Source: Candidatus Daviesbacteria bacterium (GTDB taxonomy: Bacteria; Patescibacteriota; Microgenomatia; Daviesbacterales; UBA10151). Taken from it: DNA of 64,000 nucleotides. The notes below the pieces were generated by a model. It did not search any database and was not told the origin of the DNA. It saw nothing but the letters and a program-made list of their open reading frames with translations. Positions within the stretch are counted from its first letter, which is position 1. Every line of letters begins with the position of its first letter. The DNA lies in contig JACOXD010000006.1 of assembly GCA_016176465.1 (NCBI GenBank), positions 7,878-71,877 of the forward strand, written 5' to 3'. This document shows positions 46,084-56,187 of the stretch, piece by piece. The position numbers were made by a program, and so were the translations under genes.

Positions 46084-48438
46084 ATGTTTAGAAAATCTAA
46101 AACCCTTTTACCGCTACTACTTCTAGTCTGGTTTTTAATTAAACTCGGTCAAATTCCCCTAACTTTAGTTAATTCACTAGCTTCCCTCCTTTATAAATGT
46201 TATTTCTTGCTCAGTAAAATAAATAAATTATCCCCCTCTGAAATCTTTAAAAAAAGAAAAATAAAACATGAGATCCAAATCAAAAACTCATCCATCAGAG
46301 GTTTAAGGTTACATTTACTTTTTTCTAAGAAAAAGAGGGGACGTCCCAGAATCCAACCTTTTTTACCTTTTTATTTAGGTAAACTAAAGAAACTTTTAAA
46401 TAAAATATTCCCTAAACCTTTAAGAATTGGGGTAGGTTTAGCGATTGTAGCTTTAACTTTATTTGCATACTCCTATTTTTTAATAGTAATCGCCCATGAT
46501 TTGCCCTCACCTGATAAACTAAGCAATTTGCAAGGCCCGCTAACTACTACTTTTTATGATAGAAAGGGAAGACTCCTTTATAAATTATATGAGGGAAGAA
46601 ATAGAACTTTAGTTAGCCTTAAAGACTTACCTCCTGATTTAGTAGATGCAACTATTGCTATTGAGGATAAGCATTTTTATAACCATCCCGGCGTAGATAT
46701 TTTTGCAGTAGGAAGAGCACTACTATCTAACGCCAGAGATGAATCTGTTCAAGGAGGCTCAACTATTACTCAACAATTAATTAAAAACACTCTTTTAACT
46801 CCTGAGAGAACTTTAGAGCGAAAAATTAAGGAAGTTTTGCTTTCCTTTTGGGCAGAGAAAATCTTTACCAAAGAAGAGATTCTCTCAATGTATTTTAATG
46901 AATCCCCTTATGGTGGAACAGCCTGGGGAATTGAGGCTGCAGCTGAGACTTATTTTAATAAAAAAGCTAAGGATTTAAATCTGGCAGAGAGCGCATTTTT
47001 AGCAGGACTTCCCGCCTCCCCAACTACCTACTCACCTTTTGGAGCTCACCCAGAACTTTCTAAGAAAAGACAAAGGCAAGTACTAAACAGGATGGTTGAG
47101 GATGGCTATATCAGCAAAAGTCAATCTGATGAGGCGGCTAAATTGGATTTGAATTTTAATACTTTAAATAACCAGATCAAGGCTCCTCATTTTGTTATGT
47201 ACACGAGGGAAATTTTAGCCAAAAAATATGGGGAAAAAGTAGTTTCTCAAGGAGGATTAAAAGTTATTACCACTCTTGACTTAGATATCCAGGAAATGGT
47301 TGAAGAGGTAGTTAAAAATGAAGTAGCCAGCCTCTTAAATCTAAACGTAACAAATGGTGCGGCAATGGTAACAGATGCTAAAACAGGACAAATTTTAGCC
47401 ATGGTTGGATCAAAAAACTATTTTGATTTAAAATTAGGCAATTATAATGTCACAACAGCAGAGCGCCAACCAGGTTCCTCTATCAAGCCTGTTACTTATG
47501 CTACAGCCTTTAAAATGGGTTATTCCCCTGGAAATATTCTACTTGATACTCCTACAGTTTTTAAAAATGCCTGGGAAACTTATGCTCCTATTAATTATGA
47601 TGGCAAATTTCATGGTGCTGTAACCATAAGAGTGGCCCTTGGTTCCTCCTACAATGTAACTGCAGTTAAAATGCTGCAAATTGTTGGCATCCAAAATATG
47701 ATCCAAACAGCTAAAGATTTAGGGATTACCACATTTAAGGATCCAAATAGGTATGGTTTATCCCTAACTTTAGGAGGAGGGGAGGTTAAATTAATAGATA
47801 TGATGAGTGTTTATGGGACTCTTTCTCAAAATGGCGTTAAATATGAAGTTAGCCCTGTTTTAATGATAGCTGATGCATCTGGAGTAATTATTGAGGATAA
47901 CCAAACACCCCAAGGTAGCCAAGTTTTAGCTCCGGGTGTTGCTTATTTACTAACAGATATTTTGATGGATAATAAAGCCAGGACTCCTGCTTTTGGGGAA
48001 AATTCCCTGCTTAAGATTAGAAATCACCAAGTTGCAGTAAAAACAGGTACCACAGATAGCAAAAAAGACAACTGGACTTTTGGCTATACACCTGAATATG
48101 TGGTTGGGGTTTGGGTTGGAAATAATGATAGCTCCCCCATGGATTCATCCTTAACTTCTGGAATAACAGGGGCTGCTCCTATTTGGAATAAAATAATGAA
48201 TAATTTACTTATAGATAAAACTCCTGTCATTTTTAAAAAACCAGATGATATAGTTTTAGCTAGTGTTGATGGAAGAAAAGATTATATTGTTTCGGATTTA
48301 AGCCAAAGAAGCGTTGTGGGTATGGAAAGAAAAAGAGTTAAGGATGATAAAACTAAAGAAGAAAAAGATGTTATTACTTTTACAGACCCATTCACCACTG
48401 TCCAATCAGACCAATCAGGAACAACTACAATGCCTTAA
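46084..48438 (+). CDS. class A penicillin-binding protein (bifunctional GT51 transglycosylase/transpeptidase)
   Basis: GT51 motifs IAIEDKHFYNHPGVD and GGSTITQQL. TP motifs SSIKP, SYN and KTGTT. Strong SD (aaaggagg) upstream. Confidence 0.85.
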   Translation: MFRKSKTLLPLLLLVWFLIKLGQIPLTLVNSLASLLYKCYFLLSKINKLSPSEIFKKRKIKHEIQIKNSSIRGLRLHLLFSKKKRGRPRIQPFLPFYLGKLKKLLNKIFPKPLRIGVGLAIVALTLFAYSYFLIVIAHDLPSPDKLSNLQGPLTTTFYDRKGRLLYKLYEGRNRTLVSLKDLPPDLVDATIAIEDKHFYNHPGVDIFAVGRALLSNARDESVQGGSTITQQLIKNTLLTPERTLERKIKEVLLSFWAEKIFTKEEILSMYFNESPYGGTAWGIEAAAETYFNKKAKDLNLAESAFLAGLPASPTTYSPFGAHPELSKKRQRQVLNRMVEDGYISKSQSDEAAKLDLNFNTLNNQIKAPHFVMYTREILAKKYGEKVVSQGGLKVITTLDLDIQEMVEEVVKNEVASLLNLNVTNGAAMVTDAKTGQILAMVGSKNYFDLKLGNYNVTTAERQPGSSIKPVTYATAFKMGYSPGNILLDTPTVFKNAWETYAPINYDGKFHGAVTIRVALGSSYNVTAVKMLQIVGIQNMIQTAKDLGITTFKDPNRYGLSLTLGGGEVKLIDMMSVYGTLSQNGVKYEVSPVLMIADASGVIIEDNQTPQGSQVLAPGVAYLLTDILMDNKARTPAFGENSLLKIRNHQVAVKTGTTDSKKDNWTFGYTPEYVVGVWVGNNDSSPMDSSLTSGITGAAPIWNKIMNNLLIDKTPVIFKKPDDIVLASVDGRKDYIVSDLSQRSVVGMERKRVKDDKTKEEKDVITFTDPFTTVQSDQSGTTTMP

Positions 48439-50219
48439 CTCCCAACTGGAATTTTGACCTTCCCTAATTTTTGCCCCAACCATAAAACAGAGGTTAATAA
48501 AAAGTAATAAATTTTACCATGATAATCTTTTGAGCTTTTAACTAACTGCTTATACGCTTCCCCTTCTTTTAATTTCTTGGTAGAAGCACCGTGGTGATGG
48601 ATAAATTTAGCTGTGGGAATAAAATATATTGGCACCTCATATTCTTTGAGTCTTCTGCAATATTCCACATCCTCAAAAAAGATAAATTTATCTTCATCTA
48701 AATAGCCCACCCTATTTAAAATTTTTCTGGGGATTAGAAAACAGGCCATAACCAAACACTGCACCTTAACAGGTTTATCACCCAAAGGCAAATACATAAA
48801 ATAAGCTCCTTTTTGAGCCAGAAAATATTCTTTAAAAGCTCCAGTTATGGTAGGTAAGTTAAAAACAGAATCTTGGTTACTCATATCAGGAAAATATAAT
48901 CTTCCTCCTAAAACTGCCTCTCCTTTAAACTCCTCTGTAGCTTTAGTAATTTCCGCTAAACTATTCTCCAAAACTTCTATATCTGAGTTAAGCATTAAAA
49001 TATACTCACCCCTAGTAAACTTCATTGCTCTGTTATAACCCCCGCTAAATCCTGTATTTTCAGGATTTTCTATATATCTTGCTTGGGGATAGTCTTTCAT
49101 AAAGGACCCAACTGGATTTAACTTACCATTATCTAAAACTACTACCTCAGTTGATTGTTTATATATGCCTGATTTTTTATCATATATGCTTTTTAGAAGC
49201 GCTTTTACTAAATTTGCAGTATTGTAGTTAACAATTACTACTGATAGCTTTTTTTGATAACTTGAGCTCAATGTTACACCTCCGAGGTGTGAACCTGTGT
49301 CTTTATTTATTAAATCCTCTGGTGCTCCTTTTACACCCTTTAGAAAGTCCAAAACAGCCTTTTTTTGAGCCTTTCTGCCCACAATAAGAAACTTTATAGC
49401 CTCCCTAATAAGGGCAAATTTAGTTTTAAATGAGGCATATTTAAATCCAAAAATAAGTCTATTTCTAGTATGGAAATAATCAGTAAAGAAGGAGCCTATG
49501 CCTGTGGTTTGGGAGACTTTGTGATAGATAGAAACTGTCCCGTTATAAAATTTTTTAAACCCAAGCTTATTTGTTCTTAAAGAAAAATCATTGTCCTCCA
49601 TATAAGCAAAAAGATCCTCATCAAACATACCAACCTTTTCTAAAACCTCCTTTTTTATCAGCATGCAACAGCCTGTGATTAGATTTGTCTGCTCTACTTG
49701 GTCATATTTCCCTGAATCTACCTCATCTATTCCCCTATGTTTTGAGTAAACATTATTAAAATCAAACTCCCCACCGCCATACCATATAACTTTTCCCCTA
49801 TCTTTATCAGAATACCTATCCTTGTGAAACTCAAACCCAGGAGCAAAATAGATTTTAGGAGAAACTAGACCAATTTTTTCGCTAGATTTAGCAGTTTTGA
49901 TAAGCTCTTTACATAAATCTTTTGAATTTATTAAGGTATCATTATTAATAATCAAGATATAATCTGCTCCCCAAGCTAGTGAGTATTCCATTCCTCTGTT
50001 ATAGCCACCAGAAAAACCTTTATTTATATCTGTTTGGACTAAATCTACATTGGGAAACTTTTTTAAAATATCCTCAACTGAAGTATCTGAGGAACCATTA
50101 TCCACTACCACAGTTTTAACATCTAATCCAGAGGTATCAAGTTTTTTTAAACTCTCTAAAAACTCTAAAGTGTCCTTGGTGTTATTATAATTAACAGTAA
50201 CTATGGCAATTTTATCCAT
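48435..50219 (-). CDS. tandem two-domain family-2 glycosyltransferase
   Basis: Two GT-A modules, each opening with the IVTVNYNN / VVIVNYNT pattern and DxD-type motifs. Confidence 0.8.
   Translation of the reverse strand: MDKIAIVTVNYNNTKDTLEFLESLKKLDTSGLDVKTVVVDNGSSDTSVEDILKKFPNVDLVQTDINKGFSGGYNRGMEYSLAWGADYILIINNDTLINSKDLCKELIKTAKSSEKIGLVSPKIYFAPGFEFHKDRYSDKDRGKVIWYGGGEFDFNNVYSKHRGIDEVDSGKYDQVEQTNLITGCCMLIKKEVLEKVGMFDEDLFAYMEDNDFSLRTNKLGFKKFYNGTVSIYHKVSQTTGIGSFFTDYFHTRNRLIFGFKYASFKTKFALIREAIKFLIVGRKAQKKAVLDFLKGVKGAPEDLINKDTGSHLGGVTLSSSYQKKLSVVIVNYNTANLVKALLKSIYDKKSGIYKQSTEVVVLDNGKLNPVGSFMKDYPQARYIENPENTGFSGGYNRAMKFTRGEYILMLNSDIEVLENSLAEITKATEEFKGEAVLGGRLYFPDMSNQDSVFNLPTITGAFKEYFLAQKGAYFMYLPLGDKPVKVQCLVMACFLIPRKILNRVGYLDEDKFIFFEDVEYCRRLKEYEVPIYFIPTAKFIHHHGASTKKLKEGEAYKQLVKSSKDYHGKIYYFLLTSVLWLGQKLGKVKIPVGS
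49274..49293. repeat. second copy of the acacctccgaggtgtga palindrome, inside the GT2 inter-domain linker
   Basis: Identical 17-bp core to 14885-14903. Encodes GSHLGGVT. Confidence 0.4.
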
Positions 50220-50226
50220 AAAAGCT

Positions 50227-50368
50227 TGTTATCCTTTCGGGTCTGAGCCTCAGGGTCGAAGACCTGATCTTTCCTCTCGTCATCCTGAGGGCAAAACCCG
50301 AAGGATCTAGTCTAGAGATTCTTCACTTAGTACGCTCAGAATGACAATGAGTATACTTAGAACGACAC
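50227..50368. repeat. MITE-like palindromic element (composite subfamilies) between GT2 genes
   Basis: gttatcctttcgggtctgagcctcagggtcgaagacctg...cgtcatcctgagggcaaaacccgaaggatctagtctagagattcttc...gctcagaatgacaatgagtatacttagaacgacaca. Confidence 0.8.
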
Positions 50369-50369
50369 A

Positions 50370-51278
50370 TCATAGAACTCCTAAAGCCTCCAGGTAAGCA
50401 TCTTTTCTATCTTTTTTCCCCAAAATTGCAAACAAAAAGGCTCTAAAAATTAAAGATATAACCATTACTAATTTTACAAAAGGATATTCATCCTTGTAGT
50501 GCTGCCTATAGTACCTAACAATAGCTTTGATTTCACTCAAAAGCGGGTTTTTAAGCTCCCCTTTGGAGCTGGCTTTATCTATGTGAGTCACCTCAATTGA
50601 GGGTACATACATTAACCCAAAACCTTGATCTTTAATCCTTTTACACCACTCAACCTCCTCTCCATACATAAAAATACTCTCATCAAACCCATTTGTTGCA
50701 TCATATACTTCTCTTTTAAACATAAAATAAGCTCCCATTACCCACTGCACTTTTCTTTCTTTACTAAAAAAACTACTATCTTTAGGATGAATTGGGGATG
50801 CAATTTGATCCATCAAAGGAAACCTAGCCAAACCTGAAATCCAAAGTATGGTATTTAAAGGAGTAGGTAAATAACCTGCACTTGGCTGCAGTCTTCCATC
50901 TTTAAAGTTTAACCTAGGTCCAATTAAGTCTACCTCAGGATGGTTTTTAAAATATTCCAGTGATTTAACCAAAGTATCATCTACTACAAAACAATCTGAG
51001 TTTAAAAGCAAAATAAACTTACCCCTACTAGCTTTCATGCCTATATTATTCCCTCCACTAAAACCAGTATTAGTTTTAGAGATTATAAGCCTAACCCATC
51101 CATGTCTACTCTCCAGCATCTCCTTAGAACCATCAGAAGATGCATTTTCCACTACAATTACCTCTATTTCGCTCTTTAAGTTCTTTTCAGCAAATTCCTT
51201 AGCTTTTTTTACCCTGCTTAAACATTCATCAATTATATCTTTGGTATTAAAGCTTAAAATTATGATAGATAAATCCAT
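50370..51278 (-). CDS. family-2 glycosyltransferase
   Basis: N-terminal LSIIILSFNT GT-A pattern. Confidence 0.8.
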   Translation of the reverse strand: MDLSIIILSFNTKDIIDECLSRVKKAKEFAEKNLKSEIEVIVVENASSDGSKEMLESRHGWVRLIISKTNTGFSGGNNIGMKASRGKFILLLNSDCFVVDDTLVKSLEYFKNHPEVDLIGPRLNFKDGRLQPSAGYLPTPLNTILWISGLARFPLMDQIASPIHPKDSSFFSKERKVQWVMGAYFMFKREVYDATNGFDESIFMYGEEVEWCKRIKDQGFGLMYVPSIEVTHIDKASSKGELKNPLLSEIKAIVRYYRQHYKDEYPFVKLVMVISLIFRAFLFAILGKKDRKDAYLEALGVL

Positions 51279-52193
51279 TTAACTTAAAGTTATTTTTAAA
51301 ACCCTGTATTTTTCCAGTAAGTTGATCCCCAATAGTACAAAGTCTCTTAAAATTGGTGGATATTTTTTATAAAAATGCTTCTTATAAAAAATTCTCATAG
51401 CCATAGTACCAGCTTTAGCAGATTTGAGCTTTCTCTCCTTATTTACCTTTACAGCACCTGTATTCCATAAACCAGATGATGAACCTTTATAATGTATGAT
51501 TTGTGCCCGCGGATAATAATAAAACTGCCAACCTTTCTCCTTTAAGTTATAACAAAACTCAATATCCTCCCCATTCCAGAAATAATCGCTACTCCACCAA
51601 TTAATTTCCTCTCCAGATTGTTTTCTTACCATTAAGAAAGTTCCGTTGCCACAATCAACAGGATGAATAGTGTTTACGTCTAAATAAGTAGCGCTATAGC
51701 CTGAGAAAAGTTTAGATTTGGGAAAAAGTTTCGAGAGTCCTGAAAAATAGGCAAAAGCATTCCAGGGTGTGGGAAAACCTCTATGGCAAGAATAATCCAA
51801 GCGTCCATCTGGTAAAACTACTTTACAAGTTAACCCACCTATCTTTTCATCAGTTTTTAAAAAAGCTAAAGACTTGGAAATAGCATTATCCAACACTTTA
51901 GTATCAGGATTTAAGAATAATATAAAATCTGCCTTAGCTTTAGGCACTCCTAAGTTATTTCCCCTAGCAAAACCTAAATTTTCTTTACTTTCTATAATCT
52001 CTACTTGAGGATATTCTTTTTTTAAAGCCTCTACAGAGTTATCAATTGAGGCATTATCAACCACTATCACCTGCCAATTTTTACTATTTTGATCCTGATA
52101 AACACTCTTTAAACAATCTAAAAGCAAATCTTTAACATTGTAATTGAGGATGATTATGGATAAATCGGGTTTAGAATATCTTTCAGCCACCAA
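51279..52193 (-). CDS. family-2 glycosyltransferase
   Basis: N-terminal LSIIILNYNV GT-A pattern. Confidence 0.8.
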   Translation of the reverse strand: MVAERYSKPDLSIIILNYNVKDLLLDCLKSVYQDQNSKNWQVIVVDNASIDNSVEALKKEYPQVEIIESKENLGFARGNNLGVPKAKADFILFLNPDTKVLDNAISKSLAFLKTDEKIGGLTCKVVLPDGRLDYSCHRGFPTPWNAFAYFSGLSKLFPKSKLFSGYSATYLDVNTIHPVDCGNGTFLMVRKQSGEEINWWSSDYFWNGEDIEFCYNLKEKGWQFYYYPRAQIIHYKGSSSGLWNTGAVKVNKERKLKSAKAGTMAMRIFYKKHFYKKYPPILRDFVLLGINLLEKYRVLKITLS

Positions 52194-52249
52194 TTAATTA
52201 TACTAGAGCGAGCATTTTAAAGAAAATTAGATATAAACTAGTATTTTCG

Positions 52250-52654
52250 TTAAAGCACCATCCAGCCTCTTAAATCTTTTTTCTTAATCCTTACAGGTGA
52301 GGTAATAAACTTTTCTACTTCATCCATAAAAATTAAGGTAGCATATTTGGCATTTAAATGTTTATCAAAGTATCTCTGATCTTTTTTCTTGGAACCTAAG
52401 GATAAATTTTTCCCATATTTTTGCTTTATTAACTCCCACTCATCTTTACTCAAACCATCTATAAAAATAACTTTGGCAACCTTAAACTGACCCACTACTT
52501 CTCTTCCAGGAGGTTTAATGTAAACAATATCCCCACGCTCAATTACTCCAAAAGGAGCAATCTTTTTCTGAGAAAACCTGCTCTCAATATTTTTTCTACC
52601 GGCAAAGATTTCTTCAATTACATCTTTACTAAAAATTGCTAAATGCTTGCTCAT
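52250..52654 (-). CDS. ASCH/PUA-like domain protein
   Basis: 134 aa. Beta-barrel-like pattern resembling ASCH domain proteins (weak). Confidence 0.45.
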   Translation of the reverse strand: MSKHLAIFSKDVIEEIFAGRKNIESRFSQKKIAPFGVIERGDIVYIKPPGREVVGQFKVAKVIFIDGLSKDEWELIKQKYGKNLSLGSKKKDQRYFDKHLNAKYATLIFMDEVEKFITSPVRIKKKDLRGWMVL

Positions 52655-52987
52655 CAGTTTGGACTATACCTTACAACTTTATCCTTTTCAATATCAAAAG
52701 CTTGCTGTATTATCCAATCATAATATGGCTGGATTAGAAAGTGTGGAGAGGAAAAATGGCAGGAGAGGGTTTATCGTCCGCACAGGATTGTTTATAGTCG
52801 GAGGGTTAACAGCATTGGCTACCAGGGTTGGATTGAAGACAAAACCACTCATTCCTTTATTACTCTAAGAGAAGGTTATCAACCTTGGTTAAAAGATGTA
52901 ATTTTTGAGAATGAAATAATTTTAGACATAACTAAACATTTTGTTAGCTACTTTAATGAAAGTCGTAGACGAGGAAACAGGTTACTG

Positions 52988-53773
52988 TTGGGAGATTTCC
53001 TGACTTATACTTTTGAGCATACTTATGAAGTTTTAAATAAGCTTCCCTCTGATCAAAAAGAACCCGATATTAACATTCGACTTGAGGCTGCTCATGCTAC
53101 TCTTATTGCTTTAATGGGTGCTACTAATCCAAAGTGGGAAGCAGTGGAGTGGAGAAAATTGGGAGGAGAAATACCAGAAGATGGTTCGATACTAGATGAT
53201 TTTGAAGGAAAAAACGGGTTAAATAAAGTGGTTTTCCCATCAATTCTAAGTACAGGTGAACAATCAGATCGTGAAGGTCACTTTAGACATTTTATTCATA
53301 GTGCTGGTATTGCTTTTGAGAGAGGTTACGCTAAGTTATTTGGCCTGGCTGAGTATCGAACTATTCCAATTGGTCCTCAACTTTGGGCGCAAATTGTTAA
53401 GCCTTTTTATAAAGATTATGAAACAGAGGCCGTAAAAGTTGCTGATATTTTGGGTAAAGCTCATGAATTAGTTAGTACTTTTAGGAAAAACTCCATACCT
53501 CTAATTCAAACACCATCAGAAGGAATATTTGATCCTAATGTTGGCGGTGACTTAGCAGTAAATATTTTAGGAGCTAGGTTTGGAGCCAGAGTTTTATCTA
53601 TTTTACAAATGACTCCGTTTGCTAGACTTCGTTATCTTCTACTCCTTAGAAAAGAACTTAATGATCCTAAGTTTGAAAAGCTCTCTGATGGAGCTATTTT
53701 AGAAACCGCTACCCCCAAAGCAACTAAAGGTTTTCTCTTAAGGATTTTATCCCCACTGGAGGTTAGGGGTTAA
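52988..53773 (+). CDS. hypothetical protein (non-ATG start likely)
   Basis: 261-aa ORF immediately upstream of secE. Confidence 0.45.
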   Translation: MGDFLTYTFEHTYEVLNKLPSDQKEPDINIRLEAAHATLIALMGATNPKWEAVEWRKLGGEIPEDGSILDDFEGKNGLNKVVFPSILSTGEQSDREGHFRHFIHSAGIAFERGYAKLFGLAEYRTIPIGPQLWAQIVKPFYKDYETEAVKVADILGKAHELVSTFRKNSIPLIQTPSEGIFDPNVGGDLAVNILGARFGARVLSILQMTPFARLRYLLLLRKELNDPKFEKLSDGAILETATPKATKGFLLRILSPLEVRG

Positions 53774-53775
53774 AT

Positions 53776-53976
53776 TTGTTAAAATTAACGACAATGGTAA
53801 ATCCACTTGATTTTTTGCGTGAAGTTAGGGTAGAATTACAAAAAGTTGTATGGCCAACTTGGCCACAAACTTTTAGGCTTACAGTTATTGTTGTAATAGT
53901 TACAATTGCTGTAGGCTTTTTTATTGGCGGAATTGATCTAGCCTTAACTAAATTGACTGAACTTTTGCTAGAATAA
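53776..53976 (+). CDS. secE: preprotein translocase subunit SecE
   Basis: 66 aa. FLREVRVELQKVVWPT followed by a single TM helix. Position upstream of nusG. Confidence 0.75.
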   Translation: MLKLTTMVNPLDFLREVRVELQKVVWPTWPQTFRLTVIVVIVTIAVGFFIGGIDLALTKLTELLLE

Positions 53977-54003
53977 TGAAGCCAAGAGGCGCGATAGCGA
54001 CTC

Positions 54004-54057
54004 ATTGGCGGAATAGACCTACTTTTGACTAAACTAACAGAGTTAGTTTTACAATAA
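54004..54057 (+). pseudogene. diverged duplicate of the last 18 codons of secE
   Basis: IGGIDLLLTKLTELVLQ* versus secE C-terminus IGGIDLALTKLTELLLE*. In frame with its own stop 3 nt before the nusG ATG. Confidence 0.55.
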
Positions 54058-54059
54058 AT

Positions 54060-54728
54060 ATGGATGATGACAAAAAATTAAAACCTGAGGCTAATAAAGG
54101 ACCTTTGCAAACTACTGATCATGTAGTGGAAGCTTTGCAAGAAGAGGAAGATACCAAACAAACAGTCGATGCTATGTCAGAATCATTCAAATCTGACAAT
54201 CCACTAGCTAAATGGTATGTGGTCCATACTTATTCCGGACACGAAAACAGAGTTGCTAATGCTTTGAAACAGCGTGTTGAATCAGAGCACTTGGAACATA
54301 AAATTGTAGGTGTTTTAGTCCCTACCCAAGATAAAATAGAGATTAAAGGTGGTAAAAAGACCCAAGTTAAAGAAAAAATCTTCCCAGGTTATATTTTAGT
54401 AAAAATGGTTTTGGATGATAATACTTGGCTGGCTGTTAGAACTACTCAAGGAGTAACCTCATTTGTAGGAATTGGTAATAAACCTACTCCTATTCCTGAG
54501 CATGAGGTAAAAACAATTGTTAAATTTATGGAACAAGGAGCTCCTTCTACCTTTAAAGATGTTTACTTAGTAAATGACACTATTAAAATTGTTGATGGTC
54601 CATTTTCTGATTTTATAGGTAAAGTAGATGCTGTAGATAAAGAAAAAGGTAAAATTAGAGTTTTGGTTTCCATCTTTGGTAGAGAAACACCAGTTGAACT
54701 GGACTTTTTGCAGGTGCAAAAATTATAG
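54060..54728 (+). CDS. nusG: transcription antiterminator NusG (N-terminally extended)
   Basis: NGN domain KWYVVHTYSGHENRV and KOW motif GPFSDFIGKVDAVD. About 45 extra N-terminal residues. Confidence 0.9.
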   Translation: MDDDKKLKPEANKGPLQTTDHVVEALQEEEDTKQTVDAMSESFKSDNPLAKWYVVHTYSGHENRVANALKQRVESEHLEHKIVGVLVPTQDKIEIKGGKKTQVKEKIFPGYILVKMVLDDNTWLAVRTTQGVTSFVGIGNKPTPIPEHEVKTIVKFMEQGAPSTFKDVYLVNDTIKIVDGPFSDFIGKVDAVDKEKGKIRVLVSIFGRETPVELDFLQVQKL

Positions 54729-54839
54729 AAAATTTTTAATTATCAATTCTTAATTTTCATTGAATTTTCAATGTTTCAAAATTGAGTCATTGTAATATTG
54801 ATTAAAAATTGTAAAATTAGAAACTGAAAATTTAAACAT

Positions 54840-55265
54840 ATGCCAGCAAAAAAAATTAAAACTTACATTAAACTAAATATTCCAGCAGGCATAGCTACTG
54901 CTGCTCCTCCTGTGGGACCAGCCTTGGGTCAACATGGATTGCCTATTATGGACTTTGTCAAAGCTTTTAATGAGAGAACCAAAGAAAAAACTGGCAATAT
55001 TTTACCTGTTGTAATAACAGTTTTTACAGATAGAACTTTTAAGTTTATTACTAAAGAACCACCTGTAGCTGAGATGATTAAAAAAGCACTTAATTTGGAA
55101 AAAGGTTCAGGTAAATCTGGTCATGAATCTGCAGGTACCTTATCTAAAGCTCAAGTAGAAGAGATAGCTAAGAAAAAAATGCCTGATTTAAATGCTAATT
55201 CTGTTCAAGGTGCGATGAAAATTGTAGAAGGTACAGCCAGATCAATGGGAGTTAAAATAGGATAA
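54840..55265 (+). CDS. rplK: ribosomal protein uL11
   Basis: [38 protein letters not shown]. Confidence 0.95.
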   Translation: MPAKKIKTYIKLNIPAGIATAAPPVGPALGQHGLPIMDFVKAFNERTKEKTGNILPVVITVFTDRTFKFITKEPPVAEMIKKALNLEKGSGKSGHESAGTLSKAQVEEIAKKKMPDLNANSVQGAMKIVEGTARSMGVKIG

Positions 55266-55266
55266 A

Positions 55267-56187
55267 ATGGGAAGGCCAAAAATAAAAATTATAGATGACA
55301 GCAAGCCGGCAGAAGAATCCGCCTCCGCTAAAGCTACTGCGGACAAAGGAAGTAAAAAGGTAGCTCCTAAAGATAAATTAGCTACTTCCTTACTTGAGGA
55401 ATTAAACCAAGAGTTTGGCGAAGTCCAAGTAAAACCCTCCTTTGCTAAAGCTACGGAGGGCAAGGAAGAGAAAAAGCCTTCGACTCAAACCGCTCAGGCC
55501 AAGGAAACTCCTAAACAAGGTAAAGCTAAACCCAGAAGCAAAAAATACCAAGAAGCGTTAAAGCAAGTTGATCCAAACAATAAATATGATTTAAACGAAG
55601 CTGTCACACTAGCTCAAAAGGTATCATACAGTAAATTTCCAGCTACACTAGAGTTACATATTAATACTAATGTTAAAAACTTAAGAGGTTTTCTAACTTT
55701 GCCCTTTGCATCAGGTAAAAAACTAAGAATTTTAGCTTTTGGTCCTCATTCGCTAAAAGCTTCGGAAGGACAAGCCCTTCTATCTGATGGCGTAACCTTG
55801 GGTGATGATCAAATTCTAGAGGAGATTATAAAAGGAAAAGTCCAAGATGTGGATGTAGTGGTTACCACTCCTGAATGGATGCTTAAACTGGCAAAAGCTG
55901 CTAAAGTTTTAGGGCCTAAGGGTTTAATGCCTAATCCTAAAAATGGGACAGTCACGGATAACTTAGCTAAAACTGTAGCAGAGCTTCAGGGGGGCAAAAC
56001 AGAGTATAAAACAGAAGCAAATGGTTCTGTTATCCATTTAGCTGTTGGTAAAGTTTCACAACCTATTGAGGAGATTACAGCCAATATTAAATCTCTTTAT
56101 CAAATTATTGGTAAAACCAAAATTAAAAAAATTACCCTTGCTCCTACCATGGGACCAGGAGTAAAATTGGACCTATCCTCTCTTTAG
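55267..56187 (+). CDS. rplA: ribosomal protein uL1 with ~80-aa Lys/Ala-rich N-terminal extension
   Basis: L1 core (KYDLNEAV...VVVTTPEWMLKLAK...LGPKGLMPNPKNGTVT) preceded by a low-complexity basic extension. Confidence 0.9.
   Translation: MGRPKIKIIDDSKPAEESASAKATADKGSKKVAPKDKLATSLLEELNQEFGEVQVKPSFAKATEGKEEKKPSTQTAQAKETPKQGKAKPRSKKYQEALKQVDPNNKYDLNEAVTLAQKVSYSKFPATLELHINTNVKNLRGFLTLPFASGKKLRILAFGPHSLKASEGQALLSDGVTLGDDQILEEIIKGKVQDVDVVVTTPEWMLKLAKAAKVLGPKGLMPNPKNGTVTDNLAKTVAELQGGKTEYKTEANGSVIHLAVGKVSQPIEEITANIKSLYQIIGKTKIKKITLAPTMGPGVKLDLSSL

Noticed and set aside
54760-54785. 16-bp palindrome cattgaattttcaatg in the nusG-rplK spacer
   Set aside because: It is an AT-rich palindrome of low complexity in an AT-rich spacer and is not distinguishable from chance. 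The L11 leader cannot be assessed by eye.
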